A stretch of 64,000 bases of DNA, from NCBI RefSeq assembly GCF_006345805.1, contig NC_043021.1, forward strand, positions 17,112,001-17,176,000, read 5' to 3'. Both the position numbers and the translations under genes were made by a program. The notes under the pieces are model-generated. The model made no database searches. It saw only the letters and a program-made list of their open reading frames with translations, and had not been told where the DNA came from. Source of the DNA: Octopus sinensis (taxonomy: Eukaryota). Below, in pieces: positions 1 to 12,293 of this stretch (positions are counted from its first letter, which is position 1; each line of letters starts with the position of its first letter).

Positions 1-141
1 GTCTGCAGAGACAGGAATGGCCAACTGGATAAGGCATCGGATAACCAGTTCATCAGATCCACTGCAGGTGTTTTGCACTTTAGATCCACATGCATGCGCA
101 CACACACATATATATAAATATACACATACAGGTATTCCGTT

Positions 142-1050
142 GGTAACGACGAGGGTTCCAGTAGGTCCGATCGACGGAACAGCCAGCCTGATCGTGAAAT
201 TTATGTGCAAGTGGCTGAGTACTCCACAGACACACGTAACTTAGGGTAGTTCTCTGGGAGATGCGGCATGACACAGAGTGTGACAAGGCTGGCCCCTTTA
301 AAACACAGGTACAATTCATTTTTTGGTAACGACGAGGGTTCCAGTAGGTCCGATCGACGGAACAGCCTGCTCGTGAAATTTATGTGCAAGTGGCTGAGCG
401 CTCCACAGACACACGTAACTTAGGGTAGTTCTCTGGGAGATGCGGCATGACACAGAGTGTGACAAGGCTGGCCCCTTTAAAACACAGGTACAATTCATTT
501 TTTGGTAACGACGAGGGTTCCAGTAGGTCCGATCGACGGAACAGCCTGCTCGTGAAATTTATGTGCAAGTGGCTGAGCGCTCCACAGACACACGTAACTT
601 AGGGTAGTTCTCTGGGAGATGCGGCATGACACAGAGTGTGACAAGGCTGGCCCCTTTAAAACACAGGTACAATTCATTTTTTGGTAACGACGAGGGTTCC
701 AGTAGGTCCGATCGACGGAACAGCCAGCCTGATCGTGAAATTTATGTGCAAGTGGCTGAGCACTCCACAGACACACGTACCCTTGGCGTAGTTCTCTGGG
801 AGATGCGGCATGACACGGAGTGTGACAAGGCTGGCCCCTTTAAAACACAGGTACAATTCATTTTTTGGTAACGACGAGGGTTCCAGTAGGTCCGATCGAC
901 GGAACAGCCAGCCTGATCGTGAAATTTATGTGCAAGTGGCTGAGCACTCCACAGACACACGTACCCTTGGCGTAGTTCTCTGGGAGATGCGGCATGACAC
1001 GGAGTGTGACAAGGCTGGCCCCTTTAAAACACAGGTACAATTCATTTTTT
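142..1050 (-). repeat. Tandem array, 5 x 179-184 bp, derived from the body of a tRNA-derived SINE (family E)
   Basis: Units start GGTAACGACGAGGGTTCC at 142, 325, 504, 683 and 867 and are near-identical. A single SINE head follows at ~1051-1150. A monomeric relative lies at 33842-34157. Confidence 0.93.
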
Positions 1051-1283
1051 TTTGTTAGCTGGGTGGACTGGAGCAATGTCTGAGATAAAGTGTCTTCCTC
1101 AAGGACGCGACTCAATGCCAGGAATTGAACACACGACCTTACAATCCTAAGGAATAAGCTATGCAGTATAAAGTTATACGAGGGAATAAAAAAAGCTCTA
1201 ATTACAACATTTGCTTCTGTGGAGTGGCAACAGCTGTTGCTTACATGTTATGAGGTCTTTACCCAGATAATATTCAATACATA

Positions 1284-1454
1284 GGCGCAGGAGTGGCTGT
1301 GTGGTAAGCAGCTTGCTTACCAACCACGTGGCTCCGGGTTCAGTCCCACTGCGTGGCATCTTGGGCAAGTGTCTTCCACTATTGCCTCGGGCCGACCAAA
1401 GCCTTGTGAGTGGATTTGGTAGACGGAAACTGAAAGAAGCCCGTCGTATATATG

Positions 1455-1511
<57 letters not shown>

Positions 1512-1672
1512 ATGTTTATGTGTTTGTGTCTGTGTTTGTCCCCCTAGCATTGCTTGACAACCGATAGAATAAGTACTGGGCTTACAAAGAATAAGTCCTG
1601 GGGTCAATTTGCTCGACTAATGGCGGTGCTCCAGCATGGCCGCAGTCAAATGACTGAAACAAGTAAAAGAGT
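1284..1672 (+). mobile_element. tRNA-derived SINE, family A (dominant family; CORE-like segment, internal (TA)n/(TG)n)
   Basis: Head GGCGCAGGAGTGGCTGTGTGG...GGTTCAGTCCC (A/B-box-like), CTTGGGCAAGT segment, 3' end GACTGAAACAAGTAAAAGAG. More than 20 copies in the window. Confidence 0.9.
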
Positions 1673-2643
1673 ATATATATTTATATAGGCGCAGGACTGG
1701 CAGTATGGTAAGAAGTTTGCTTCCCAACCACAAGGTTTCGGGTTCAGTCCCTTTGTGTGACACCTTGGGCAAGTGTCTTCTACTATAGCCTCAGGCTGAC
1801 CAAAACCAAAACTCAAGGTTTTGGTAGATGGAAACTGAAAGAAGCCCATCATGTGTGTGTGTGTGTGGCGTTAGGAAGGGCATCCAGAAACTCTGCTAGA
1901 TCAGATTGGAGCCTGGTGCAGCCATCTGGCCCACCAGTCCCCAGTCAAACTGTCCAACCCATGCCAGCATGGAAAGCAGACGATGATGGTGATATACACA
2001 AGGTGTAACAGGTAAATTGGGACAAATTTCAAATAGATACATTTCTAATTGCATAGATTTTGTTGGAATCTAAAGTTTAATTAAACATTCTTTTCTACTC
2101 TAGGCACAAGGCCCAAAATTTGGGGATTGACGCCAGTATGCAACTGGTACTCGATTTATAGACCCATAAAGGATGAAAGGCAAATATTACCAGCTTCAAT
2201 AATCACTTGTACTATTTTGTATTTCAGGTTGAACAAACTATTAATGTTAATAAAGAATTAAACTATAGGTGTGTAATTACCGAAGTATTCTGCACTGACA
2301 AAGGTGCTGGGGGAGATTCTTAGAGCCATAAAGTATGCCGAATCTACTGTGGTAACCCAATTTGAAGAAAAGTCAGGATGGTCAGAGAAAGCCTCACAGT
2401 CCTCGTGGTAACTGAAAACACACACCTCGCTTCTTAACAGGACTTGAAAGATTTGATTGAGTTGACCCCATAAAAATTGATTGCAAATTTGGCTCAGATT
2501 GAGGAATCAGTAAAAGGACAATTTCTAGGGCTGTGAGACAAGACCTCCATAGAAATTTGTATGTGAGAAGAAAGCCTAAATCCTAACTATCCGCTCCAAA
2601 GCCGTTCGAGCTGAAAGAAGTCCCAAACTTCTTGGTCATCTGA

Positions 2644-4010
2644 ATGAAACATCGTGGTGCTGACGTCCACATCTTTGTGGATGAAAAGATGTTCATGATA
2701 GATGGAGCTGAAAACCATCAAATCTCAAGGGTGATAGCATACAACCCTTCCAAAGTTCCTTCAGCTATGCATAGTAAGAATCCGGTTTCCATTAAGGTCT
2801 TTGGAGATGTTGCAAGTGATGGGGAAATGACACCTCCACAATTTATTGAAGCGGTTCTTAAAATCAACACAGCAGAGTACCTCAAAATCATAGAAGTTTT
2901 GTTGCCTTGGATTAGGAAGCATTATGGTGCAAGTCGAGTCATGTCTGTACAGGACTCTGCACCAGCCCATTCCTTGAAAACAGTGCAAGAATTTTTGAAG
3001 AAGGAATTGCTCATGTTTGTCCCTAAAGATATCCGGCCCTCTGGCTCATCATCATCGTCGTTTAACGTCCGCTTTCCATGCTAGCATGGGTTGGACAGTC
3101 TGATCTGGCAGTGTTTCTACGGCTGGATGCCCTTCCTAACGGCAACCACTCCGTGAGTGTAGTGGGTGCTTTTTACGTGCCAGACGAGGCTGGAAAACGG
3201 CCACGATCGGATGGTACTTTTTACGTGCCACCTGCACGGAGGCCAGGTGAGGCGAGGCTGGCAACAGCCATGATCGGATGGTGCTTTTTACGTGCCACCT
3301 GCACGGAGGCCAGGTGAGGCGAGGCTGGCAACAGCCATGATCGGATGGTGCTTTTTACGTGCCACCGGCACGGAGGCCAGTCGGGGCAGTGCAGGCAACG
3401 GCCACGTTCAGATGGTTCTCTTACGTGCCACCGGCACTGGTATCACAGCCACAATTTCCAGTGATGTTGATCGATTTCAATTTTGATTTTCACTTGCCTC
3501 AACAGGTCTTCACAAGTAGAGTTTTGTGTCCCAAGAAGGAAAGGCATGCATAAGTGGACTGGCTACATCCCAGGTAGAAGCCACGGATTATGGTCCCACT
3601 TGTCCTGCCGGGTCTTCTCACACACAGCATACTTCCAAAGGTCTCGGTCTCTAGTCATTTCCTCGGTGAGACCTAAAGTTCAAAGGTTGTGCTTCACCAC
3701 CTCGTCCCAGGTTTTCTTGGGTCTACCTCTTCCACAGGTTCCCTCAACCGCTAGGGTGTGGCACTTTTTCACACAACTATCTTCATCCATTCTCGCCACA
3801 TGACCATACCAGTGTGATTTTTGGCCATGGAGCACAGTTGAAGCAATATCCAACGCAACGTCTCACAACTGTGTGTCTTCACAGAAGGCTTTGATCAAGC
3901 GAGCATTCAGTAAAATGGAAAAGGAAGAAATAGTTAAGGCATGCGCATCATATCGTAAACGGTCTGAACTGGTCAAGAAAGCAAACGGTGGTCACACCAA
4001 ACTGAAATAA
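2644..4010 (+). pseudogene. Transposase pseudogene (DDD catalytic domain), split by a ~765 bp insertion
   Basis: HIFVDEK..KNPVSIKVFG..QDSAPAH..RPSGS then CDFW. Spacing is compatible with DD37D if the PDLN codons were lost at the insertion. Confidence 0.82.
3047..3811 (-). mobile_element. 5'-truncated RTE-clade LINE 3' end
   Basis: Minus strand reads WYGHVARMDEDSCVKKCHTLAVEGTCGRGRPKKTW (RTE C-terminal motif). The 3' UTR has ~59-bp internal repeats and a (GAT)n tail. Confidence 0.88.
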
Positions 4011-4595
4011 GCGCTAAACACCACAAGAAATTGGCAGAGAAAAATAAAACTTGCAGTGTTTGATTTTTCCAAGTTATACCAATTATATTAAAGATATTTA
4101 AATGGCCCCAATTTACCTGCTACACCCTGTATAGTTATGTGCAAGTGACTGTGTTTGTCCCCCAACAACCACATGACAACCAGTGTTGGTGTGTTTACGT
4201 CCCTGTAACAGTGGTTTGGTAAAAGAGGCCGATAGAATAAGTACAAGGCTTAAAAAAGTAAGATTTGCTCAACTAAAACCCTTCGATATGGTGCTCCAGT
4301 ATGGCTACAGTCAAATGACTCAAACAAGAATAAAAGAACGTGCATGGGTCTCTTGTCTTTTACTAAGCGACAGGGACACAAACAAACCAACACCAGTGAC
4401 ATGTTAAGGGACAAACACATAGACACAAACATATACACAATGGGCTTCTTTTGGTTTCCATCTACCAAGTCCACTCATAAGACTGATTGACCCAGGGCCA
4501 TAATAGAAGACACTTGCTCAAGGTGTCCTGCAGTGGGATTGAACTTAGAACCACGTGGTTGGGAAGCAAACTTCTTACCACACAGCCACATCTAC

Positions 4596-4632
<37 letters not shown>

Positions 4633-5034
4633 ATATACTCAATGTAGTATTTTTAAATACACATTCATTCTGCACTTGCTTACTGTTCCAGCATTGCTGA
4701 ATTAATAGAGTTATGTTGAACAGCTGTTGTTGCCTGTAGCACAGATAATGGCTATTGGCCAAGTCCATCACAAAGATTACTTTACCATGTTTCCCTGACC
4801 GGAAAGGGCAGACAAGCTTCCTCTGCCTGACAGCTTTGGCAAAAAAAAACCAAAAGAAGAAAAAAATCCCAGTTATGTGGTGAGGTTTCCTCTGTCTGGT
4901 AGCTATGGCAGAAAAACCTACAAGTCATTAATAACTTTACAGAGTGCACAAGGTAGGGCTGTAGAGTCTAAAACAAAAACTCTGACTCCGACTCCTGTAC
5001 TATTGGCACCTCCGACTCCTATTTATCCAATTAA

Positions 5035-5255
5035 CCCTTTCGTTACTGAATTTATTTTGAGATGCTCAGTGTTTCTTCCAATTATGTTAAATATAACAAA
5101 GAATTAAGTAAAATAACATCGTTATCATTAAGCTAGAGTTAGGGACAAAAATTGTGACTAAGGTTTGGTGGAAGGCTTTAATTCAGAACTTTTGAAAACC
5201 AGACATTTGTACTAAAGAGCCAGAGCCGGTTTCAGCCAGGTTGGTAACGAAAGGG
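5035..5255. mobile_element. piggyBac-type MITE family 1 (TTAA TSD)
   Basis: TTAA|CCCTTTCGTTAC...GTAACGAAAGGG|TTAA. Relatives at 34305 and 50895. Confidence 0.85.
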
Positions 5256-5398
5256 TTAAGTGATTGTGGCCTATGCATCTCATAAAACATATGCATACGC
5301 TTGTACTTTGAGTCGGCCTATATGTTATAACTGGTTTACATTAAAGAATTAAGACATTGCGAGTCTGTATAGTTTTACTGACACCAGCTACCCCTTAA

Positions 5399-5619
5399 CC
5401 CTTTAGTGTTCGCATTATTCTACCAAAATTAATGCTTTTTCATCCACCTTGTTTTGAATTCATCATGCATTATCTTATAACTTTGAGAGTCTGATGAGGT
5501 AATAGTTAATTTTTAAAACGATATTGTAGGGTTGGTCTGAGAGACCAGATCTGGCCAGTTTGAACATAAAACAGGCAGAATACTTTTGGCCGGATATGGC
5601 CGGTTTAAATGCTAAAGGG
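5399..5619. mobile_element. piggyBac-type MITE family 2 (TTAA TSD)
   Basis: TTAA|CCCTTTAG...CTAAAGGG|TTAA. Relatives at 24153 and SINE-split copies near 29190-30022, 30143-30965 and 32740-33670. Confidence 0.8.
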
Positions 5620-6007
5620 TTAATTGTTTCTGACTCCAACTCCACAGCTCTGGTACTGGGGGTTTTTTTTTAGAGGTGGAGGCACCAGCAATAGTGAGGT
5701 CGCCAAGCAACTTACAAGACAAGCCTTTGACAGAGTGGAGGCGGGGAGGTAAGTACTGAGGGGGTGGCTTTGTACAGTGTTGAAAGGGGGTGATAGAAGT
5801 ACAGGAACATGCTGTGCCCTGCTGCAGAGGAGATACATGGCTACCCCAGCAGGAAAGGGGTAAATGATGGTGTGTGTGTGCGTGATGATCAGAATCTGGT
5901 TTAATACAATGGGAAACTATACATGATCCAGCAGTGCTCTCAAAGCCACTCAACTGATGATGTGCAGGTACATACCTGCTTCTAGATCATATTTATGTTT
6001 TATGTAT

Positions 6008-6925
6008 GAAGGTGCATAACTCAGTGGTTAGAGCATCGGGCTCACAATGATGAGGTAATGGGTTCGATTCCTGGACCAGGCTGCGTGTTGTGTTCTTGAG
6101 CAAGACACTTCATTTCACGTTGCTCCAGATCACTCAACTGTAGAAAATGAGCTGTGATGTCACTGGTGCCAGGCTGTATTGGCCCCTTTGCCTTTCCCTT
6201 GGATAACACTGGTGGCCTGGAGAGGGGAGGCTGGTATGCATGGATGACTGCTGGCCTTCCTCAAAACAACCTTACTCAAACTTGTGCTTCAAAAGGGAAC
6301 TTTCTAGGTGCAGTCTCATGGTCATTCTTAACCAAAGGGGGTCTTTGTGAGTTTGATTCCTAGACCAAGCTATGTGTTGTATTCTTGAGCAAGACTCTTT
6401 ATTTCACATTGTTCCAGTTCACTCAGCTGTAAAAATGAGTTGTGATGTCACTGGTGCCAGGCTGTATTGGCCCCTTTGCCATTTCTTTGGGTAACATCGG
6501 TGGAATGAAGAGGGGAGGCTGGTATGCATGGGCGACTGCTGGTCTTCCACAAACAACCTTACCCAGACTTGTGCCTCGGAAGGTAACTTCCTAGGTGTAA
6601 TCTCATGGTCATTCTTATTGAAAGGGGGTCTTTTTTGAGTTTGATTCCCAGACTGGGCTGCGTGTTGTGTTCTTAAGCAAGACACTTCATTTCACGTTGT
6701 TCCAGTTCACTCAACAGTAGAAAATGAGCTGTGATGTCACTGGTGCCAACCTGTATTGGCCCCTTTGCCTTTCCCTTGGATAACATCAGTAGCATGGAAA
6801 GGGGACACTGGTATGCTGGTTGACTGTTGATCTTATGTAAACAACCTTGCTCGGATTTGTGCCTTGGAGGGTAACTTTCTAGGTGCAATCCCATGGTCAT
6901 TCATAACCAAATAGGTTCTTTAACC
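6008..6925 (+). mobile_element. tRNA-derived SINE family D, three head-to-tail copies
   Basis: A-box CTCAGTGGTTAGAGC and B-box GGTTCGATTCC. The ~290-bp body repeats at ~6347 and ~6636 without the A-box. Confidence 0.85.
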
Positions 6926-7752
6926 CTTTTACTCCAGTATGATATGGAAAAATCACAAACAGCTGCTACCAGTGCACAGAAACAATTGTTGTGATTAGTG
7001 ATTAAAGCCTGTTTCATCCATCTTTGTGCTTTCTAAATTTTTATCAGTGGTAACCATGTATATGTGCTTATACCTTCATGTGAAAGTGAGATGATACACA
7101 AGAGGTGTAAGAACAGCATCCAGCAGTTAAAGCCAAAAGTGACATTTAGGAATGAGATGTGGTCCTCCTACCCATCCAGGTGGGCAGAAACAACCAACCC
7201 AAACCCATCCATGCCAGTAAGGAAAGTAGGCAGAAAAAGGATTAACTATATAATAAACAAATATGGGCACGGCTGTGTGGTAAGAAGATTACTTCCCAAC
7301 CACATGGTTCCAGGTTCAGTCCTTGGACAAGTGTTTTTACTATAGCCCTGGGTTTGACTAAAAACTCGTGAGTGGGTTTGGTAGATGGAAACTGACTAAA
7401 GCTTGTCACACATGTGTGTGTGTGTTTGTGTGTTCGAACCCCTCTCCCACCACCACCCCTTGAAAACCAGTTTCGGTGCATTTACGTCCACACAGTAGGG
7501 GTTCGAGGCTTTAAAAAATAAGTATTGGGGTCGATTCATTCATCTAAAAATTCTTCAAGGCAGTGCCCCAGCATGGTCGCATTCTAATGGTTGAAACTAT
7601 AGCGATATATACATGTGCACATACATACATACATACATGTACACACACACACACACACATGCATATATATATATACACATATATACACATGCATATATAT
7701 GTGCATACACTTATATAAACACAAATGCATACATAGATTTATATGTAATGTA

Positions 7753-8167
7753 CGCAGGAGTGGCTGTGTGGTAAGTAGCTTGCTTACCAACCACATGGTT
7801 CCGGGTTCAGTCCCACTGCGTGGTATCTTGGGCAAGTGTCTTCTACTATAGCCTCGGGTCGACCAAAGCCTTATGAGTGGATTTGGTAGACGGAAACTGA
7901 AAGAAGCCCGTCGCATATATGTATATATATATATATATGTGTGTGTGTATATGTTTGTGTGTCTGTGTTTGTCCCCCTAGCATTGCTTGACAACCGATGC
8001 TGGTGTGTTTACGTCCCCGTCACTTAGCGGTTCGGCAAAAGAGACCGATAGAATAAGTACTGGGCTTACAAAGAATAAGCCCCAGGGTCGATTTGCTCGA
8101 CTAATGGCGGTGCTCCAGCATGGCCGCAGTCAAATGACTGAAACAAGTAAAAGAGTAAAGAGTAAAA
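7753..8167 (+). mobile_element. SINE family A flanked by a ~145-bp direct duplication
   Basis: Matches family A. Flanks 7613-7756 and 8172-8313 are near-identical. Confidence 0.9.
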
Positions 8168-8194
8168 GCGTATGTGCACATACATACATGCATA

Positions 8195-8239
<45 letters not shown>

Positions 8240-8357
8240 ATACACATGCATATATATGTGCATACACTTATATAAACACAAATGCATGCATAGATTTATA
8301 TGTAATGTACGCATTGTATATTGTACTATGCTTATAGTACAATATATAATGCGTACG

Positions 8358-8358
8358 T

Positions 8359-8393
<35 letters not shown>

Positions 8394-8740
8394 GGAGAGA
8401 GAAGGAGTGAGAGAGAGGGAGAGGAAAGAGAGGGTGGGAGGGAGAGAGAAAGGGAGGGGGGAGAGAAGAGAGAGAAAGAGAGGGAGAGAGAAAGAGAGAA
8501 GAAAGGGGAGAGAGGGGAAGGGGGGAGAGGAGGAGAGAGGATAAGAGAGAAGAGAAAGGGAGAGGAGAGAGAGATGAAAAGAGAGGAGAGAGAGAGAGAG
8601 ATGGTTTAGGTTAGGTTGTGAAAAGATGAGTCCCGCCACACTGCAGAAACATCACACAGTAAAGTTGTATGGTGTTGCAGAGATATACAAAAGAGAGAGT
8701 CAGAGAATAGGATAAAAAGAAAAAGACCAAGATAAAGAAG

Positions 8741-8771
<31 letters not shown>

Positions 8772-8867
8772 GGAGGGGGGATGAGATTAAAGAGATGAAA
8801 ACAGAGAGAAAGAAAAAAAGATGAGCACGAAGGAGATAGACTGCTGCGTGTGATGGGAGAGAGAGAG

Positions 8868-8899
<32 letters not shown>

Positions 8900-8990
8900 G
8901 AAGGAACGGAAATTAAATGTAAATCTCCAAATCTATAATAATAATAATTATTATCACTATTATTATTATTATTATTACTATTATTATTAT
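8358..8990. repeat. GA-rich, (GT)n and (AAT)n simple-sequence block
   Basis: Direct reading. Confidence 0.9.
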
Positions 8991-9510
8991 TATATGAGTA
9001 CGAATCAATCTGACAGATTAAGTGGGTAGATAGTGAGCTAAGGACAAGAGGAGAGTATATAAAAACAGACAATGCTTAATATACACATTAGCTTGTATGG
9101 AAAGAGGTGTGTGTGTATGTGCTTGTGTATATGTAATTTAGCCTATATACACAGAAAGCACTATGCAGTGAATGCATTTTATTATTTATTTATAAATGTG
9201 TGTGTGTGTGTGTATACATAATATACGTATATTCTATATAGGTTATTCATGTATACAAAAAAAAAATACAATATATCGATGTATACATAGGGAGATATGC
9301 TTACATAATATACACAATACAAAAGGAATATTAAAAAAAATAACGAAGTAAAAATGGGATTGTCAGTATGTGTCAAAGGTCACAAATATCGCAGCCGTAG
9401 TGTGTGTGTATACATACATACATATCTCAAATGGTTCCTGGTTCAATCTCACTTTGTGGCAACTTGGGCAAGTGTCTTCTACTACAGCCTCGAGCTGACC
9501 AAAGCCTGTC

Positions 9511-9553
<43 letters not shown>

Positions 9554-9554
<1 letters not shown>

Positions 9555-9867
9555 CACCGTGATCACCATGACCGACCAGGTTATCAGATGTTGTTACACA
9601 TCGCTGGTCACAATGCGCTTCGCATTGTCTTAGCCTTCAAATGACGCCACCCCGCTGGCTAAGCGAGCAGGCCAACAGAAGAAAGAGTGAGAGAAAGTTG
9701 TGACGAAAGAGTACAGCAGGGATCGTCACCACCCCCTGCCGGAGCCTCATGGAGCTTTAGGTGTTTTCGCTCAATAAACACTCACAACGCCCGGTCTGGG
9801 AATTGAAACCGCGATCCTATGACCGCGAGTCCGATGCCCTAACCACTAGGCCATTGCGCCTCCACAC
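9554..9867 (-). mobile_element. tRNA-derived SINE family C inserted in the (TA)n tract of a family A SINE
   Basis: Reverse complement begins GTGGAGGCGCAATGGCCTAGTGGTTAGGGC. It matches 45884-46172 and has (TA)n on both sides. Confidence 0.85.
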
Positions 9868-9932
<65 letters not shown>

Positions 9933-9956
9933 TAATATATATATATATTATATATA

Positions 9957-9988
<32 letters not shown>

Positions 9989-10288
9989 TATGTATGTGTT
10001 TTGTCCCACTGCCATTGCTTGACAACAGATGCTGGTATGCTTACGTCCCACTCCCATAACTTAGCGGTTCGGTAAAAGACACCGATAGAATAAGTAGTAG
10101 GCTTACAAGTACAAGTCCTGGGGGCAACTGCTTCAATTAAAAAAGACCTTTTGGAGTGTTGCTCCAGCATGGCCACAGTCAAATGACTGAAATAACTATA
10201 TATACACACACGGTTTGTGCATTGCATACACATATTCAATGTTTCCATGTATCTCTCTCTGCACACAGTGTGTGTGCATGCATTATAT

Positions 10289-10351
<63 letters not shown>

Positions 10352-10446
10352 TATTAATTATATAAATTAGAGATTGATTTAATACTAAATTGAATTTTTC
10401 TCTGTAAGTTTGGAGTTATACTCGCTAATATTATTATATATATATA

Positions 10447-10638
10447 GGGAGAGTTTATGAAAAAAAACAACAAAAGACAAAGACAGGTGGTGTACAAAAC
10501 AAACAGATGTATTAGTATAACGCTCAGGAATAGAAAAGGTCTTTTACGTTTCGAGCCTACGCTCTTCTACAGAAAGGGACACAGAAAAAACAAGGAGAGA
10601 AACAAAATGTGTGTAGTGGCTAATGATCTATCATGGCA
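10447..10638 (-). mobile_element. Penelope-like terminal fragment carrying a hammerhead-like motif
   Basis: Abuts (TA)n. Second copy at 33345-33600. Motif at 10541-10576. Confidence 0.6.
10541..10576 (-). ncRNA. Minimal type I hammerhead-like motif (variant core CUGUAGA)
   Basis: cttt-CTGTAGA-a-GAGC gtag GCTC-GAA-ACGT-A-aaag. Stem I cttt/aaag, stem II GAGC/GCTC, palindromic ACGT stem III. Confidence 0.5.
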
Positions 10639-11165
10639 ATGCATATATTCTTACTCTTTTATATGGCCATGCTGGGGCAGTGCTTTCAAAGGTTATGTTG
10701 CTTGATTACAAACCACTCCCCAGCAACTGTTTCAGTTTGATATTAATTCTATTCTACCGTCTGTCACACTGCTCTAAGAGCATGAGAACCTGCTACAAGA
10801 GGTCGACTAGCAACGACAGCCAAACCTCATCAAAATTGCACCCTTAAAGAAGGAAGGAAAGAAATGGAGGGCCCATAGAATGATGTAGTCAGTCTAAAAA
10901 AAACAAAAAGAGGACTTTGCACATCTTTGATCACATCTCCAATCAATCAGGACTGACATGAAGCTAATCAATAACAATACATTCACGTACATAGATAGAT
11001 TGAAAAGCAGCAGACAAGAAGTAAAAAGATATCCTTCTCTCATTAAAGGATCAGGGGTACTCGTGAAGTAATAAAGGGAACGCTGGTATGTTATTTTTTT
11101 AAAAAAAACATCAAATGCAATTTATAGAAAGAGAAGGAGGAGGAAGAAAGAAATAATAATTTGAT

Positions 11166-11330
11166 TTGGAATGGAATATTCTATCTAAATCATTTCCGTA
11201 TGATAAAGGTAAATCTTTTTGTTCGCTCTGTAAGGATGAATTGTATTTCATCCTGTTCCCAGAGAATCCTCTAGTAAACACATTTAAAGAACATGTTTAT
11301 TGTTGCAAACATTGGCATAAAAACATACTC
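11166..11330 (+). pseudogene. Penelope GIY-YIG endonuclease C-terminal fragment
   Basis: The W-x-I...PY...C-x-LC-x-x-E...LN...E...C-x-H pattern is characteristic of PLE endonuclease C-termini. Confidence 0.72.
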
Positions 11331-11712
11331 TCTTTTACTCTTTTACTTGTTTCAGTCATTTGACTGCGGTCATGCTGGAGCACCACCTTTAGTCGAGCAA
11401 ATCGACCCCGGGACTTATTCTTTGTAAGCCCAGTACTTATTCTATCGGTCTCTTTTGCCGAACCGCTAAGTGACGGGGACGTAAACACACCAGCATCGGT
11501 TGTCAAGCAATGCTAGGGGGACAAACACAGACACACAAATACATATATACGACAGGCTTCTTTCAGTTTCCGTCTACCAAATCCACTCACAAAGCATTGG
11601 TCGGCCCGGGGCTATAGCAGAAGACACTTGCCCAAGATGCCACGCAGTGGGACTGAACCCGGAGCCATGTGGTTGGTTAGCAAGCTACTTACCACACAGC
11701 CACTCCTGCGCC
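11329..11712 (-). mobile_element. SINE family A
   Basis: Full-length match to family A, reverse orientation. Confidence 0.9.
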
Positions 11713-12003
11713 TACCTTTAGTTCTTATAAGTGATTTCTACCAGTCTATAAAATTCGACCTTTAACTGTCTTCTTACATTTTACTTCCACTAAATATATC
11801 TATTGCCATGCCTTTAACCCTTATTCCTATTCACCTATCGCACTATATTTCTCCACTTTTAATTTTCTGTTAATTTCTTTCTTCCTCCTCCTCTTTCTAT
11901 AAATTGCCTTTGACATTATATACATTAATGGGTTTTTTTTTTTAATAATGTCCCAACATTCCCTTCATCATATATGCAGTATATTGATGCGTTGTTTTTT
12001 TTT

Positions 12004-12089
12004 TCCCCTGATGAGAAGATTGCATTGTTTTACATCATTTTATTCCTACTGGAATAATACCAATGTTTTCTTTGAAACATATGTTGGAA
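12004..12089 (+). ncRNA. Type I hammerhead ribozyme motif with long stem II (slightly decayed)
   Basis: tccc-CTGATGA-GAAGA...TCTTT-GAAA-CATATG-TT-ggaa. Palindromic stem III. Confidence 0.6.
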
Positions 12090-12293
12090 GTATAAAGGTT
12101 TGATTAACACCTGCGTTTAACTCCATTTATTTATTTATCTATGGTTATAAGAAAACATTTCACCAAAACCTGGAATTTCTACCTTTATAAGTAGGCTGTA
12201 ACATCCTTGGTACTTATGTGAATTTTTGCTACCCTGGTAACTATTTATTTAATTTCCCCGGTTATTTGTAAACAGTGAAAAAAAACAATACAT

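Larger units (their letters stand above)
1999..4129 (+). mobile_element. Decayed Tc1/mariner transposon (maT/DD37D-like), interrupted by an RTE fragment
   Basis: TIRs CAAGGTGTAACAGGTAAATTGGG and CCCAATTTACCTGCTACACCCTG followed by TA. Transposase motifs FVDEK and QDSAPAH (2644-3047) resume as CDFWPWS...KKANGGH to a stop (3813-4010). Confidence 0.88.
4954..5652. mobile_element. hAT-like MITE hosting two nested TTAA MITEs
   Basis: Ends TAGGGCTGTAGAGTC and GACTCCAACTCCACAGCTCTG are imperfect inverted repeats. Subterminal GACTCC repeats. Confidence 0.55.

Noticed and set aside
1-67. Possible plus-strand exon end (SAETGMANWIRHRITSSSDPLQ|gtgttt)
   Set aside because: It is cut by the window edge, the donor is weak, and no partner exon can be supported.
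4680-4953. Possible exon on either strand
   Set aside because: The protein-like plus frame has an internal TGA and its donor overlaps a MITE end. The open minus frame has splice-like ends but no recognisable protein. Evidence is insufficient.
6008-6085. tRNA genes at SINE heads
   Set aside because: The A/B boxes continue into repeat bodies and no complete cloverleaf is seen.
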